35,772 nucleotides of DNA. Origin: Gallionellaceae bacterium (GTDB taxonomy: Bacteria > Pseudomonadota > Gammaproteobacteria > Burkholderiales > Gallionellaceae). The stretch covers positions 1 to 35,772 of the forward strand of contig DATFUZ010000066.1 in NCBI GenBank assembly GCA_035260545.1. Reading direction: 5' to 3'. The notes under the pieces were generated by a model, which ran no database searches, had not been told where the DNA came from, and saw only the letters and a program-made list of their open reading frames with translations. The translations under genes and the position numbers were made by a program. Numbering within the stretch: position 1 is the stretch's first letter; every line of letters starts with the position of its first letter. Positions 16,222 through 24,557 of the stretch are shown here, piece by piece.

Positions 16222-17034
16222 ATGACCGACAAGTATGCCGTGATCGGCAATCCCGTTGCCCACAGCAAATCGCCGCTGATCCACCGCCTGTTCGCCGAGC
16301 AGACCGGGCAGGACATCAGCTACGAGGCCATCGAAGCGCCGCTGGATGGCTTTGCCGCCACGGTCGCGCGGCTGCGCGCCGAGGGTTACCGGGGCTGCAA
16401 CGTGACGGTGCCGTTCAAGTTCGAGGCATTTGCCATGTGCGCGATGCAGACGGGCCGCGCGCGGGAAGCGAAATCGGCCAATACGCTGCTGTTCCAGAGC
16501 GATGAGATCTGGGGCGACAACACCGATGGCGCGGGGTTGATCAACGACATCCAGAACAACATCGGCTTCAAGCTGATGTTCAAGGACGCGCTGCTGATGG
16601 GCGCGGGCGGCGCTGCGGCGGGCGTGATCTGGCCGCTGTTCAACGCCGGGCTGGGGGTGGTCATCGCCAACCGCACGCTGGAGCGGGCGCAAATTCTCGC
16701 GCAGCCGTTCGAGGGCGCGGGCACCGTGTTTGCAAAGCGTTATGACGAGCTGGCGGGCCGCCGCTTCGACCTGGTGATCAATGCCACGTCGAGCAGCTTG
16801 TCCGGCGAGCTGCCGCCGCTGCCCGACGGCCTGTTCAAGCCGGGCGCGCTGGCCTATGACATGATGTACGGCCGCGAAACGCCGTTCATGAAGTTCGCGC
16901 GGGCACAGGGTGCGGCCATCGTATCCGACGGACTCGGCATGCTGGTGGAGCAGGCCGCGGAGGCGTTCTTCAAGTGGCGCGAGGTGCGGCCCGACACCGC
17001 CCCCGTGCTCGCCCGCCTGCGCCGGGGCGGCTAG
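16222..17034 (+). CDS. aroE: Shikimate dehydrogenase
   Basis: The N-terminus is YAVIGNPVAHSKSPLIHRLFAEQTG. The motifs GCNVTVPFK, the NTDG box and a GAGGAA Rossmann motif are present. These are canonical AroE features. Confidence 0.9.
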   Translation: MTDKYAVIGNPVAHSKSPLIHRLFAEQTGQDISYEAIEAPLDGFAATVARLRAEGYRGCNVTVPFKFEAFAMCAMQTGRAREAKSANTLLFQSDEIWGDNTDGAGLINDIQNNIGFKLMFKDALLMGAGGAAAGVIWPLFNAGLGVVIANRTLERAQILAQPFEGAGTVFAKRYDELAGRRFDLVINATSSSLSGELPPLPDGLFKPGALAYDMMYGRETPFMKFARAQGAAIVSDGLGMLVEQAAEAFFKWREVRPDTAPVLARLRRGG

Positions 17035-17049
17035 ACGGACGCTTGCGGG

Positions 17050-17754
17050 ATGGCCAGGAAGAAGACACGCTGGCGCTGGACCAGGCGCATTCTGGGCTTG
17101 CTGGTGCTGGCTGTGCTGGCCTACCAGGGCTGGATCGCCGCGCACATCTGGTGGTGGGTGGATCACAACCCGGCTTCCAGCGCCTTCATGGACACCCGCC
17201 TGGAAACGCTGCAGGAAAACAATCCGCATGCAAAGCTCCACCACAAGTGGGTGCCCTACCGCGCCATTTCCGATAACTTGAAGCGCGCGCTAATCACGGC
17301 GGAGGATGCGAAGTTCGTCGACCACGACGGTTTCGACTGGGAAGGCATCGCCCTCGCCTACGAGAAGGACCGCAAGAAGGGCCGCATCGTCGCCGGCGGC
17401 TCGACCATCAGCCAGCAACTGGCGAAGAACCTCTTCCTGTCCACCCGGCGCACACCGTGGCGCAAGGGGGAAGAGGTGCTGATCACGGTGATGCTGGAAC
17501 ACATCATGGACAAGCGGCGGATCTTCGAGATCTACCTCAACGTGATCGAATGGGGCAACGGCATCTTCGGCGCGGAAGCCGCGGCACGCCACTATTTCGG
17601 CGTCAGCGCCGCGGCGCTCTCGCCCGAACAGGCGGCCAAGCTGGCGGCCATGGTGCCCAATCCACGGTACTACGACACGCATCGCGACGCGCCCGGGCTG
17701 ATGCGCAAGACGGCGATCATCCTGGACAACATGCCCTATGCAGACATCCCCTGA
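17050..17754 (+). CDS. mtgA: Monofunctional biosynthetic peptidoglycan transglycosylase
   Basis: The product has an N-terminal transmembrane segment. The GT51 motifs RALITAEDAKFVDHDGFDW, GGSTISQQLAKNLFL and EIYLNVIEWGNGIFGAEAAARHYF are present. Confidence 0.9.
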   Translation: MARKKTRWRWTRRILGLLVLAVLAYQGWIAAHIWWWVDHNPASSAFMDTRLETLQENNPHAKLHHKWVPYRAISDNLKRALITAEDAKFVDHDGFDWEGIALAYEKDRKKGRIVAGGSTISQQLAKNLFLSTRRTPWRKGEEVLITVMLEHIMDKRRIFEIYLNVIEWGNGIFGAEAAARHYFGVSAAALSPEQAAKLAAMVPNPRYYDTHRDAPGLMRKTAIILDNMPYADIP

Positions 17755-19510
17755 TGCCGCCTATGCCGAGATCGATTTTCCCGGCACAGCGTCATCATCC
17801 GAAAGGCTGACCGCCGTCTTTGCGGGCGCGCAGCGCTTGCTCACCGCCGCAAGCGCGGCCGCCGTGCCCGGCGTGCTGGACGAAGCGGAATACTGGGCGC
17901 GGGCCGGCCACTGGGTGCTGGGCTTCGTCGCCTACGAGGCGGCACCGGCCTTCGACCATGCACTGCACACCCATGCGGCGCCGCCCGACGGCATGCCTTA
18001 TGCCCTGTTCGCCGTATTCGGCGCGCCCGCCGCCATGCCGCGCGGGCGGCAGGAATATCTCTGTGGCGCGTGGCGCGATGCCACCCCGCGCGCGGACTTT
18101 GACGCCAGCGTGCAGCACATCCGGGACGGCATCGCCGCAGGCGATTTCTACCAGGTGAATTACACCACGCGGCTGCGTGCGCCGTTCTTCGGCGACAGCC
18201 TGGCGTTCTTCGACGGGCTGCGCGCCAGCCAGGCGGAGGCGTATTGCACCTATCTGAATATCGGAAAGTGGGCCGTCTGCTCGGTGTCGCCAGAGCTGTT
18301 TTTCGACTGGAGCGGCGGGCAGGACGCGGCGGGCCTGCGCCCCCTGGTCTGCCGCCCGATGAAGGGCACGGCGGCACGGCACAGCGATCCCGGGCGGGAC
18401 CAGGCGGCGGCCGCGGCGCTGCGCCAGTCGCCCAAGGAGCGCGCGGAAAACCTGATGATAGTGGACTTGATGCGCAACGATCTGTCGCGCATCGCGAACC
18501 GCGGCACGGTCAAGGCCGACGAACTCTTTTCCATCGAGGCATGGCCCACGGTATGGCAGATGACCTCTACCGTCCGCTGCGAGACCGCCCCCGGCGCGCG
18601 CCTGCGCGACGTGTTTCATGCGCTATTCCCCTGCGGCTCGGTCACCGGCGCGCCCAAGGCGGCCGCCATGTCCGCCATCCGCACACTGGAGCCCGCAGCG
18701 CGCGGGCTGTACTGCGGGGCCACCGGCGCGCTCATGCCCGGCGGCGATGCCGTGTTCAGCGTAGGCATCCGCACCGCCGTCGTCAATGCCGCCGCACATG
18801 CCGCGGAATGCGGGATCGGCAGCGGCATTACGTTTGATTCCGCGCCCGATCCGGAATACGCGGAGTGGCTCGCCAAGCAGGCGTTCCTGCGGCAGGCCTC
18901 CCCGGAGTATGAATTGCTGGAGACCCTGCGCCTGCACCAGGGACGCTATTGGCTGCTGCGCGGCCACCTCGCGCGGCTGGCGCGCAGCGCCCGCGCGCTG
19001 GATTTTGACTTCAACGCGGAAGGGCTCGGCGAACGCTTGCGCGCCGTGGCGCGGCAATACCCGTCCGGGCACTGGCGCGCAAGGCTGCGCGTGTCCGCAA
19101 ACGGCGCGGCGGCCATCGACGTTCTGCCGCTGGATGCGCTGCCGGCCGCGCCGCGCTTTGCCCTGGCTACGGCGCCGGTCACCAGCGGCGATCCCTGGCT
19201 GCGCCACAAGACCACGCGGCGCGAACGCTATGCGCAACTCTCCAGCCGGGAGGCGGGAATCTTTGACACGCTGCTGCACAACGAACGCGGAGAGCTGACC
19301 GAATTCACGCGCGGCAATCTGGTGGTGGAAAAAGACGGCCGGCTGCTTACCCCGCATGCGGAGTGCGGGCTGCTGCCCGGCGTCTTGCGCGCCGCGCTGC
19401 TCGCCCGCGGGCGGATAGCGGAGGAAATCTTGCGGCAGGAAGATCTGGCGCACGCACGCCGTATCTGGTTCATCAACAGCGTACGCGGCGCGGTGCCGCT
19501 GCTGCAGTAA
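17738..19510 (+). CDS. pabB: Bifunctional aminodeoxychorismate synthase component I (PabB) fused to aminodeoxychorismate lyase (PabC, class IV aminotransferase fold)
   Basis: The N-terminal two-thirds has chorismate-binding-enzyme motifs (PELFF, MIVDLMRNDLSRI, FPCGSVTGAPK, LYCGA.G). The C-terminal ~210 aa has class-IV aminotransferase-like segments (LLETLRL…G…L..HL.RL, KTT.R, TEFTRGNLVV…LLTP…CGLLPGVLR). The start overlaps the 3' end of mtgA by 17 nt. Confidence 0.8.
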   Translation: MQTSPDAAYAEIDFPGTASSSERLTAVFAGAQRLLTAASAAAVPGVLDEAEYWARAGHWVLGFVAYEAAPAFDHALHTHAAPPDGMPYALFAVFGAPAAMPRGRQEYLCGAWRDATPRADFDASVQHIRDGIAAGDFYQVNYTTRLRAPFFGDSLAFFDGLRASQAEAYCTYLNIGKWAVCSVSPELFFDWSGGQDAAGLRPLVCRPMKGTAARHSDPGRDQAAAAALRQSPKERAENLMIVDLMRNDLSRIANRGTVKADELFSIEAWPTVWQMTSTVRCETAPGARLRDVFHALFPCGSVTGAPKAAAMSAIRTLEPAARGLYCGATGALMPGGDAVFSVGIRTAVVNAAAHAAECGIGSGITFDSAPDPEYAEWLAKQAFLRQASPEYELLETLRLHQGRYWLLRGHLARLARSARALDFDFNAEGLGERLRAVARQYPSGHWRARLRVSANGAAAIDVLPLDALPAAPRFALATAPVTSGDPWLRHKTTRRERYAQLSSREAGIFDTLLHNERGELTEFTRGNLVVEKDGRLLTPHAECGLLPGVLRAALLARGRIAEEILRQEDLAHARRIWFINSVRGAVPLLQ

Positions 19511-19532
19511 GGAGGAGCTGGCGCGGAAGCCG

Positions 19533-19622
<90 letters not shown>

Positions 19623-19672
19623 GCCCATCCGCCCGGATGGGCCGGGATTGTATCACAGGCCCCGTGCCGGCA

Positions 19673-21967
19673 TCAGGCGGCCTGCGCCGCGCGCAGATAG
19701 GCCGCGATCTCCAGGGTGGGCAGCGGCCGGCTGAATAGATAGCCCTGGGCAATGTCGCAGCCCTGCCCCATCAGGATGCTCATTTGCTGCTGGGTTTCCA
19801 CGCCCTCGGCCACGACGGTGAGGTGCAGGCCGTGCGCAAGCTGGATGATGGTGTTCGAAATTTCCCGGTCGTTTTCCTCGGCGGCGATGTCCTGCACGAA
19901 TGTCTTGTCGATCTTGAGCTTCTTGATGGGCAGGTGCTTCAGGTAGGCCAGGCTGGAATGGCCGGTGCCGAAATCGTCCACCGAAAAGCTGACGCCCATG
20001 CCGCCCACCCTGTTCATGACCTCCACGGCGTTGTCGACGTCCGTCATCACCGCGCGCTCCGTCAGTTCGAGTTCGAGGTAGCGGGCATCCAGTCCGGTCT
20101 TGCGCAATGCGGACTCCACGGAATCGAAGAAGCTTTCATGGCGCATTTGCCGGGCCGACACATTCACCGCTACCGGCAATGCCATCAGGCCGGCACGCTG
20201 CCATTGCCGCATCTGGCGGCATGCTTCGTGTATGGACCATTCGCCGAGCTGAATGATGAGGTCGCTGTCCTCTGCGATGGGGATGAACTGGTCGGGGGGG
20301 ATCATGTTGAGGCTCGCGTGCGGCCAGCGCACCAGCGCTTCCAGGCCGACCACCCGGCGGGTCTTCATCGAGATCTGCGGCTGGTAATAGAGCACCAGTT
20401 CCTCGTTCAGCAGCGCGTTGCGCAGGTCGTTTTCCAGCCGCAGCCGCTCGAGCGCGAGCACGTTGAGTTTTTCGGTGAAGAAGGCGAAATCGTTCTTGCC
20501 CTTGCCCTTGGCCTGGTACAGCGCCAGTTCGGCATTCTTGATGATGGATTCTACGTCACTGCCATCCTTGGGGAACACGCCAATGCCGACGCTCGCCGTC
20601 ATCGAAATCTTGTGCAGGCCGATGCCTATGGTATTGGTCACGTGGCCGATCACCTTGCGCGCGACCTGCTTGGCGCCCTCGGCCCCCACTTCCGGAACGA
20701 CCAGCACGAATTCATCCCCGCCCATGCGCGCGACCATGTCCATTTCGCGCACCACCCCTTTGAGCCTGCTGGCCAAGGTTTGCAGAATCAGGTCACCGAC
20801 ATGGTGGCCCAGCGAATCGTTGATGTTCTTGAAGTTGTCGATGTCGATGATCAGCAGGGCGAACTCGCGCCGGTCGCGCTGAGACGAGGCAATCAACTGG
20901 TTTACGCGGTCACGCATGAGACCGCCGTTGGGCAGCCCGGTCAATTGGTCGTAATAGGCGAGGTGCCGCACCCGGTCCTGCGCCAGCTTGAATTCGGTAA
21001 TGTCGCTGGTGACGCCGACGTAGTGAGTCACGCGGCCGCTTTCGTCGCGCAGCGCGCTGATGGCCAGGCGGCCGGCATAATGCGCCCCGTTCTTGCGCCG
21101 GTTCCACACCTCTCCCTCCCAGTAGCCGTCCCGCAGCAGACTGGCCCACATGTCCGTGTATAATTCCGTGCGCTGCTTGCCCGAATTCAGAATCCGCGGG
21201 TTCTTGCCGATGACTTCCTCGGGCGTGTAGCCGGTAATCCGCGTGAAGGCCGGGTTGACGGAGATGATCGTTCCGTCCGTTTCGGTGATGATGATGGAGT
21301 CGTGGCTCTTCTCGAAGATCTTGGCGGTGAGCCGCATCTGCTCTTCCGATTTCCGGCGCGCGGTAATATCGAGCACGTAGCCGGCGATGCCCAGCAGTTT
21401 GCCTTGCGCATCCGTAATCGGATTGCGATAGACTTCGAGCCACTGATGCTCACCCCCGCCCGGCGTATGCAGCTCGGTGAGCGTCTGCCGGCCGGACGCC
21501 ATGATGGCCTGGTCGTCGTCGCGGAAGCCTTCCATCATCCACTGCGGGCAGACTTCGGCGCTGGTCTTGCCTATCACCTCGGAAGCGTCAGTCTTGCCGC
21601 AAGCGGCGACGAACTTCTGGTTTACCGCAAGATACCGCCCTTCCACGTTCTTGAGCCACGCCATGGAGGGCAGATTGTCCAGCATCGCATGCAATCTGGC
21701 CTCGTGCTCGCGGCGGCTCTCGTTCGCGCGTTCAAGACTCCGGATGGTCTCGACCAGGGGGCGATACACCAGAAAGTAGACGACCGGAAACAGGATGATC
21801 GCAAGTGCCGACGCATCGAGGACATCCTCCCCCCAGGGCGGCATTTGCGGCACCAGGGGGAGCGCGGCCATGACCAGTATCTCGATGGAGAATACGGTGA
21901 CCAGCACCGCCAGCAGCAGCCGCAACGGCGAAGGAATGCGCGCAGGCTTGCCGCCGTGTGGCGTCAT
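19673..21967 (-). CDS. Membrane-anchored PAS-PAS-GGDEF-EAL sensor (bifunctional diguanylate cyclase/phosphodiesterase)
   Basis: Two N-terminal transmembrane helices follow the start MTPHGGKPARIPSPLRLLLAVLVTVFSIEILVMAALPLV. PAS repeats are present. The GGDEF motif is intact (ARMGGDEFVLV). The EAL motif is intact (VVGLEALVRW). I placed the start at the ATG complement(21965..21967). The longer ORF extending to 22240 adds an Arg/Pro/Ala-rich segment that looks like a GC artefact. Confidence 0.8.
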   Translation of the reverse strand: MTPHGGKPARIPSPLRLLLAVLVTVFSIEILVMAALPLVPQMPPWGEDVLDASALAIILFPVVYFLVYRPLVETIRSLERANESRREHEARLHAMLDNLPSMAWLKNVEGRYLAVNQKFVAACGKTDASEVIGKTSAEVCPQWMMEGFRDDDQAIMASGRQTLTELHTPGGGEHQWLEVYRNPITDAQGKLLGIAGYVLDITARRKSEEQMRLTAKIFEKSHDSIIITETDGTIISVNPAFTRITGYTPEEVIGKNPRILNSGKQRTELYTDMWASLLRDGYWEGEVWNRRKNGAHYAGRLAISALRDESGRVTHYVGVTSDITEFKLAQDRVRHLAYYDQLTGLPNGGLMRDRVNQLIASSQRDRREFALLIIDIDNFKNINDSLGHHVGDLILQTLASRLKGVVREMDMVARMGGDEFVLVVPEVGAEGAKQVARKVIGHVTNTIGIGLHKISMTASVGIGVFPKDGSDVESIIKNAELALYQAKGKGKNDFAFFTEKLNVLALERLRLENDLRNALLNEELVLYYQPQISMKTRRVVGLEALVRWPHASLNMIPPDQFIPIAEDSDLIIQLGEWSIHEACRQMRQWQRAGLMALPVAVNVSARQMRHESFFDSVESALRKTGLDARYLELELTERAVMTDVDNAVEVMNRVGGMGVSFSVDDFGTGHSSLAYLKHLPIKKLKIDKTFVQDIAAEENDREISNTIIQLAHGLHLTVVAEGVETQQQMSILMGQGCDIAQGYLFSRPLPTLEIAAYLRAAQAA

Positions 21968-22038
21968 TTGCGGTCCGCCCCGCGTAGCGTGCAATGCCGG
22001 AAAATGCCGCCATGACCGGGCCGCGCGTCGACAACCCG

Positions 22039-22052
22039 GTGCGCGCGCGCGC
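22039..22052. repeat. Perfect 14-nt alternating-GC palindrome GTGCGCGCGCGCAC in the upstream region of the GGDEF-EAL gene
   Basis: I read this directly from the sequence. Flanking CCG/GGG partially extend it. It lies about 70 nt upstream of the chosen start codon of the GGDEF-EAL gene. Confidence 0.4.
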
Positions 22053-22322
22053 ACGGGACGCAGCGCGGGCTGGCGCGCACCCAAAGTGATATTGCAGCAA
22101 CCATTACTTCCTCCCAGTGAACCGGCGCCTGGCAACATCGCGAGGCCCCGGAACATGCCGCTCTTATAATATATATCCTGCGCTGCACCGGCATCCGTGC
22201 AGTAACTGATACTAACCCAAATCAAGTCATGGGAAAACAATCCGGTTGGACGAGACGGCGCCCCGGCGACCGTTGAACCGGCACGCGGCCAGCACCGGTC
22301 CGGATGGCTTTATTGAATATAT

Positions 22323-23315
22323 TCAGTGAACTAGAAAATCGATGACGTTGCGCCCGTGGGCGCGGCCCTGAATCAGATCCTGGCATGTCTCGGGCAGCTG
22401 GCCCAGGGTCAGCACGCGGGTCACCGCAGTCAGTTGCGCCGGACGCAGGTCCGTCGCCAGGCGGCGCCAGATTTTCCTGCGCAACGGCATGTCCGTCGCG
22501 GCCGAATCCACTCCCAGCAGCTTGACGCCGCGCAGGATGAAAGGAAAGACGCTGGTGTGCAGCTCCACTCCGCCGGCATTGCCGAAACTGGCGATCGCCC
22601 CGTCCTGCGCCATGGTGCGGAGCAGCCAGGCCAGCATGGGGCCGCCCACGGCATCCAGCGCACCCGCCCATTGTGCGGATTCGAGAGGGCGCTTGCTCTC
22701 CAGGTCTATGGCGGCACGCGGCAGGATCTCCGCCGCCCCCAGTTCCCTGAGGTAGGCGTGTTCGCTGTCCTTTCCGGTCACAGCCACCACATGGTAGCCG
22801 AGCTGCGCCAGCATCTGCACAGCCAGGCTGCCCACGCCGCCGGTCGCACCGGTGACCACGACTTTGCCACGCTCCGGCGCAAGCTCGTTCTGCTCCAGGC
22901 GATGGATGGCCAGCGCGGCGGTGAACCCCGCCGTGCCCAGCGCCATCGCATCGAGCAGGGTCAACCCATCCGGCAGCGGCACCGCCCAGTCGGCAGGCAC
23001 GCGCACATACTCGGCGAATCCGCCGTCGTGCGACACGCCCATGCCATAGCCGGTGACCACCACTTCATCGCCCGCCTTGAAGCGGTCATCGGACGAAGTT
23101 TCGACCACCCCTGCGGCGTCCACGCCGCCCACGCAGGGAATACGCCGGATGATCTTGCCCGCCCCGGTCGCGGCCAGCGCATCCTTGTAGTTCACGCTGG
23201 AATAGCGCGTGCGTATCACCACCTCGCCCGGATCGAGATCGGCCAGTTCGAGATTTACCAGACGCCCGGCCGATTTGCCGTTCTCCTCGAAGATTCTGTA
23301 CGCCCGGAAGCTCAT
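22323..23315 (-). CDS. YhdH/AcuI-family MDR NAD(P)H-dependent oxidoreductase (quinone oxidoreductase/acrylyl-CoA reductase-like)
   Basis: The product has the YhdH-type N-terminal GroES-like domain (SVNYKDALA…GVDAAGVV) and a Rossmann motif VTGATGGVGSLAVQ. The start (MSFRAY…) lies 8 nt downstream of the sucB stop. Confidence 0.75.
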   Translation of the reverse strand: MSFRAYRIFEENGKSAGRLVNLELADLDPGEVVIRTRYSSVNYKDALAATGAGKIIRRIPCVGGVDAAGVVETSSDDRFKAGDEVVVTGYGMGVSHDGGFAEYVRVPADWAVPLPDGLTLLDAMALGTAGFTAALAIHRLEQNELAPERGKVVVTGATGGVGSLAVQMLAQLGYHVVAVTGKDSEHAYLRELGAAEILPRAAIDLESKRPLESAQWAGALDAVGGPMLAWLLRTMAQDGAIASFGNAGGVELHTSVFPFILRGVKLLGVDSAATDMPLRRKIWRRLATDLRPAQLTAVTRVLTLGQLPETCQDLIQGRAHGRNVIDFLVH

Positions 23316-23323
23316 GGGCATCC

Positions 23324-24496
23324 TCACAGGTCCAGCAGGACGCGCCCGGGGTACTCCAGCGCCTCCTTCAGCGCCACCAGGAACAGCACGGCATCGCGCC
23401 CGTCGACAATGCGGTGGTCGTAGGAAAGCGCAAGATAATTCATGGGACGGATGACCACCTGGCCGTTTTCGGCCACGGGCCTGTCCTTGGTCGCGTGGAT
23501 GCCGAGGATGGCGCTCTGCGGCGGATTGAGGATGGGCGTGGACAGCATGGACCCGAACACGCCGCCGTTGGTGATGGAGAATGTCCCGCCCGTGAGTTCC
23601 TCCATGGTCAGCTTGCCGGTTTTGGCGCGCGCGGCAAAGTCGGTGATCTGCCGTTCGATGTCGGCCATCGACAGCTTGTCGGCATCGCGGATGATGGGCA
23701 CCACCAGGCCGCGCTCGCTGCCGATGGCTACGCCTACATCGTAATAGCCGTGATAGATGATGTCGGTTCCGTCGATGGAGGCGTTCACGACGGGAAACTG
23801 CTGCAACGCGGATACCGCCGCCTTGACGAAGAACGAGGAGAAACCCAGCTTCACGCCGTGCTTTTTCTCGAAGGCATCCTTGTAGCGCGCACGCAGGTCC
23901 ATCACCGGCTGCATGTTCACTTCATTGAAGGTGGTGAGGATGGCGGCGTTTTGTTGCGATTGCAGCAGGCGTTCGGCAATGCGCTGGCGTATGCGCGTCA
24001 TCGGCACGCGCTGCTCGGGACGGTTGCCGCCAGGCAGGACTGCGGTGGGCTGGACCACGGCGGGGCGGGATACGGCGGCGGGGCGCGATACGGCGGCCAG
24101 CACGTCCCCCCGGGTCACCACGCCATGACGGCCGGTGCCCTGGATCTCGCTGGTGTCTATCTCCGCCGCGTGCGCCGCGCGGCGCGCCGAGGGCGTGGTC
24201 GCGCCGGGCGGGGGCGCGGCCGCTTCGACCGCGGGCGCCGCTGCGGCCTCGGCCACGGCCTCGGTATCCAGCGCCGCGATTACCTCGTTGCTCCCGACCT
24301 TCGCCCCGTTCTGCTTGCTGATGCTCACCAGCACGCCGCTCTTGGGCGCCGGCAGTTCGAGCACAACCTTGTCGGTTTCGATGTCGATGAGGTTTTCACC
24401 CTCCTCCACGGCCTGGCCGACCTGCTTGTTCCAGGTAAGCAGGGTGGCTTCGGTGACGGACTCCGAGAGCTGCGGAACCTTGATGTCGATTTTCAT
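23324..24496 (-). CDS. sucB: Dihydrolipoyllysine-residue succinyltransferase (E2 of 2-oxoglutarate dehydrogenase)
   Basis: A lipoyl domain is present ([13 protein letters not shown]), then an Ala/Pro-rich linker. The C-terminal catalytic domain carries the [11 protein letters not shown] motif. Confidence 0.95.
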   Translation of the reverse strand: MKIDIKVPQLSESVTEATLLTWNKQVGQAVEEGENLIDIETDKVVLELPAPKSGVLVSISKQNGAKVGSNEVIAALDTEAVAEAAAAPAVEAAAPPPGATTPSARRAAHAAEIDTSEIQGTGRHGVVTRGDVLAAVSRPAAVSRPAVVQPTAVLPGGNRPEQRVPMTRIRQRIAERLLQSQQNAAILTTFNEVNMQPVMDLRARYKDAFEKKHGVKLGFSSFFVKAAVSALQQFPVVNASIDGTDIIYHGYYDVGVAIGSERGLVVPIIRDADKLSMADIERQITDFAARAKTGKLTMEELTGGTFSITNGGVFGSMLSTPILNPPQSAILGIHATKDRPVAENGQVVIRPMNYLALSYDHRIVDGRDAVLFLVALKEALEYPGRVLLDL

Positions 24497-24557
24497 GTTT
24501 GCACCTTGGTATATTCAGTTACGCGATCTACGCCTGCCAGTGCGGCGACAGCGACGC

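Noticed and set aside
22240-22240. Long N-terminal extension of the GGDEF-EAL protein (ORF-track start at 22240)
   Set aside because: The extra 91 residues are Arg/Ala/Pro/Gly-rich and span an AT-rich block and a (GC)n palindrome. They precede a proper Met followed by two transmembrane helices. The extension is probably non-coding upstream sequence.
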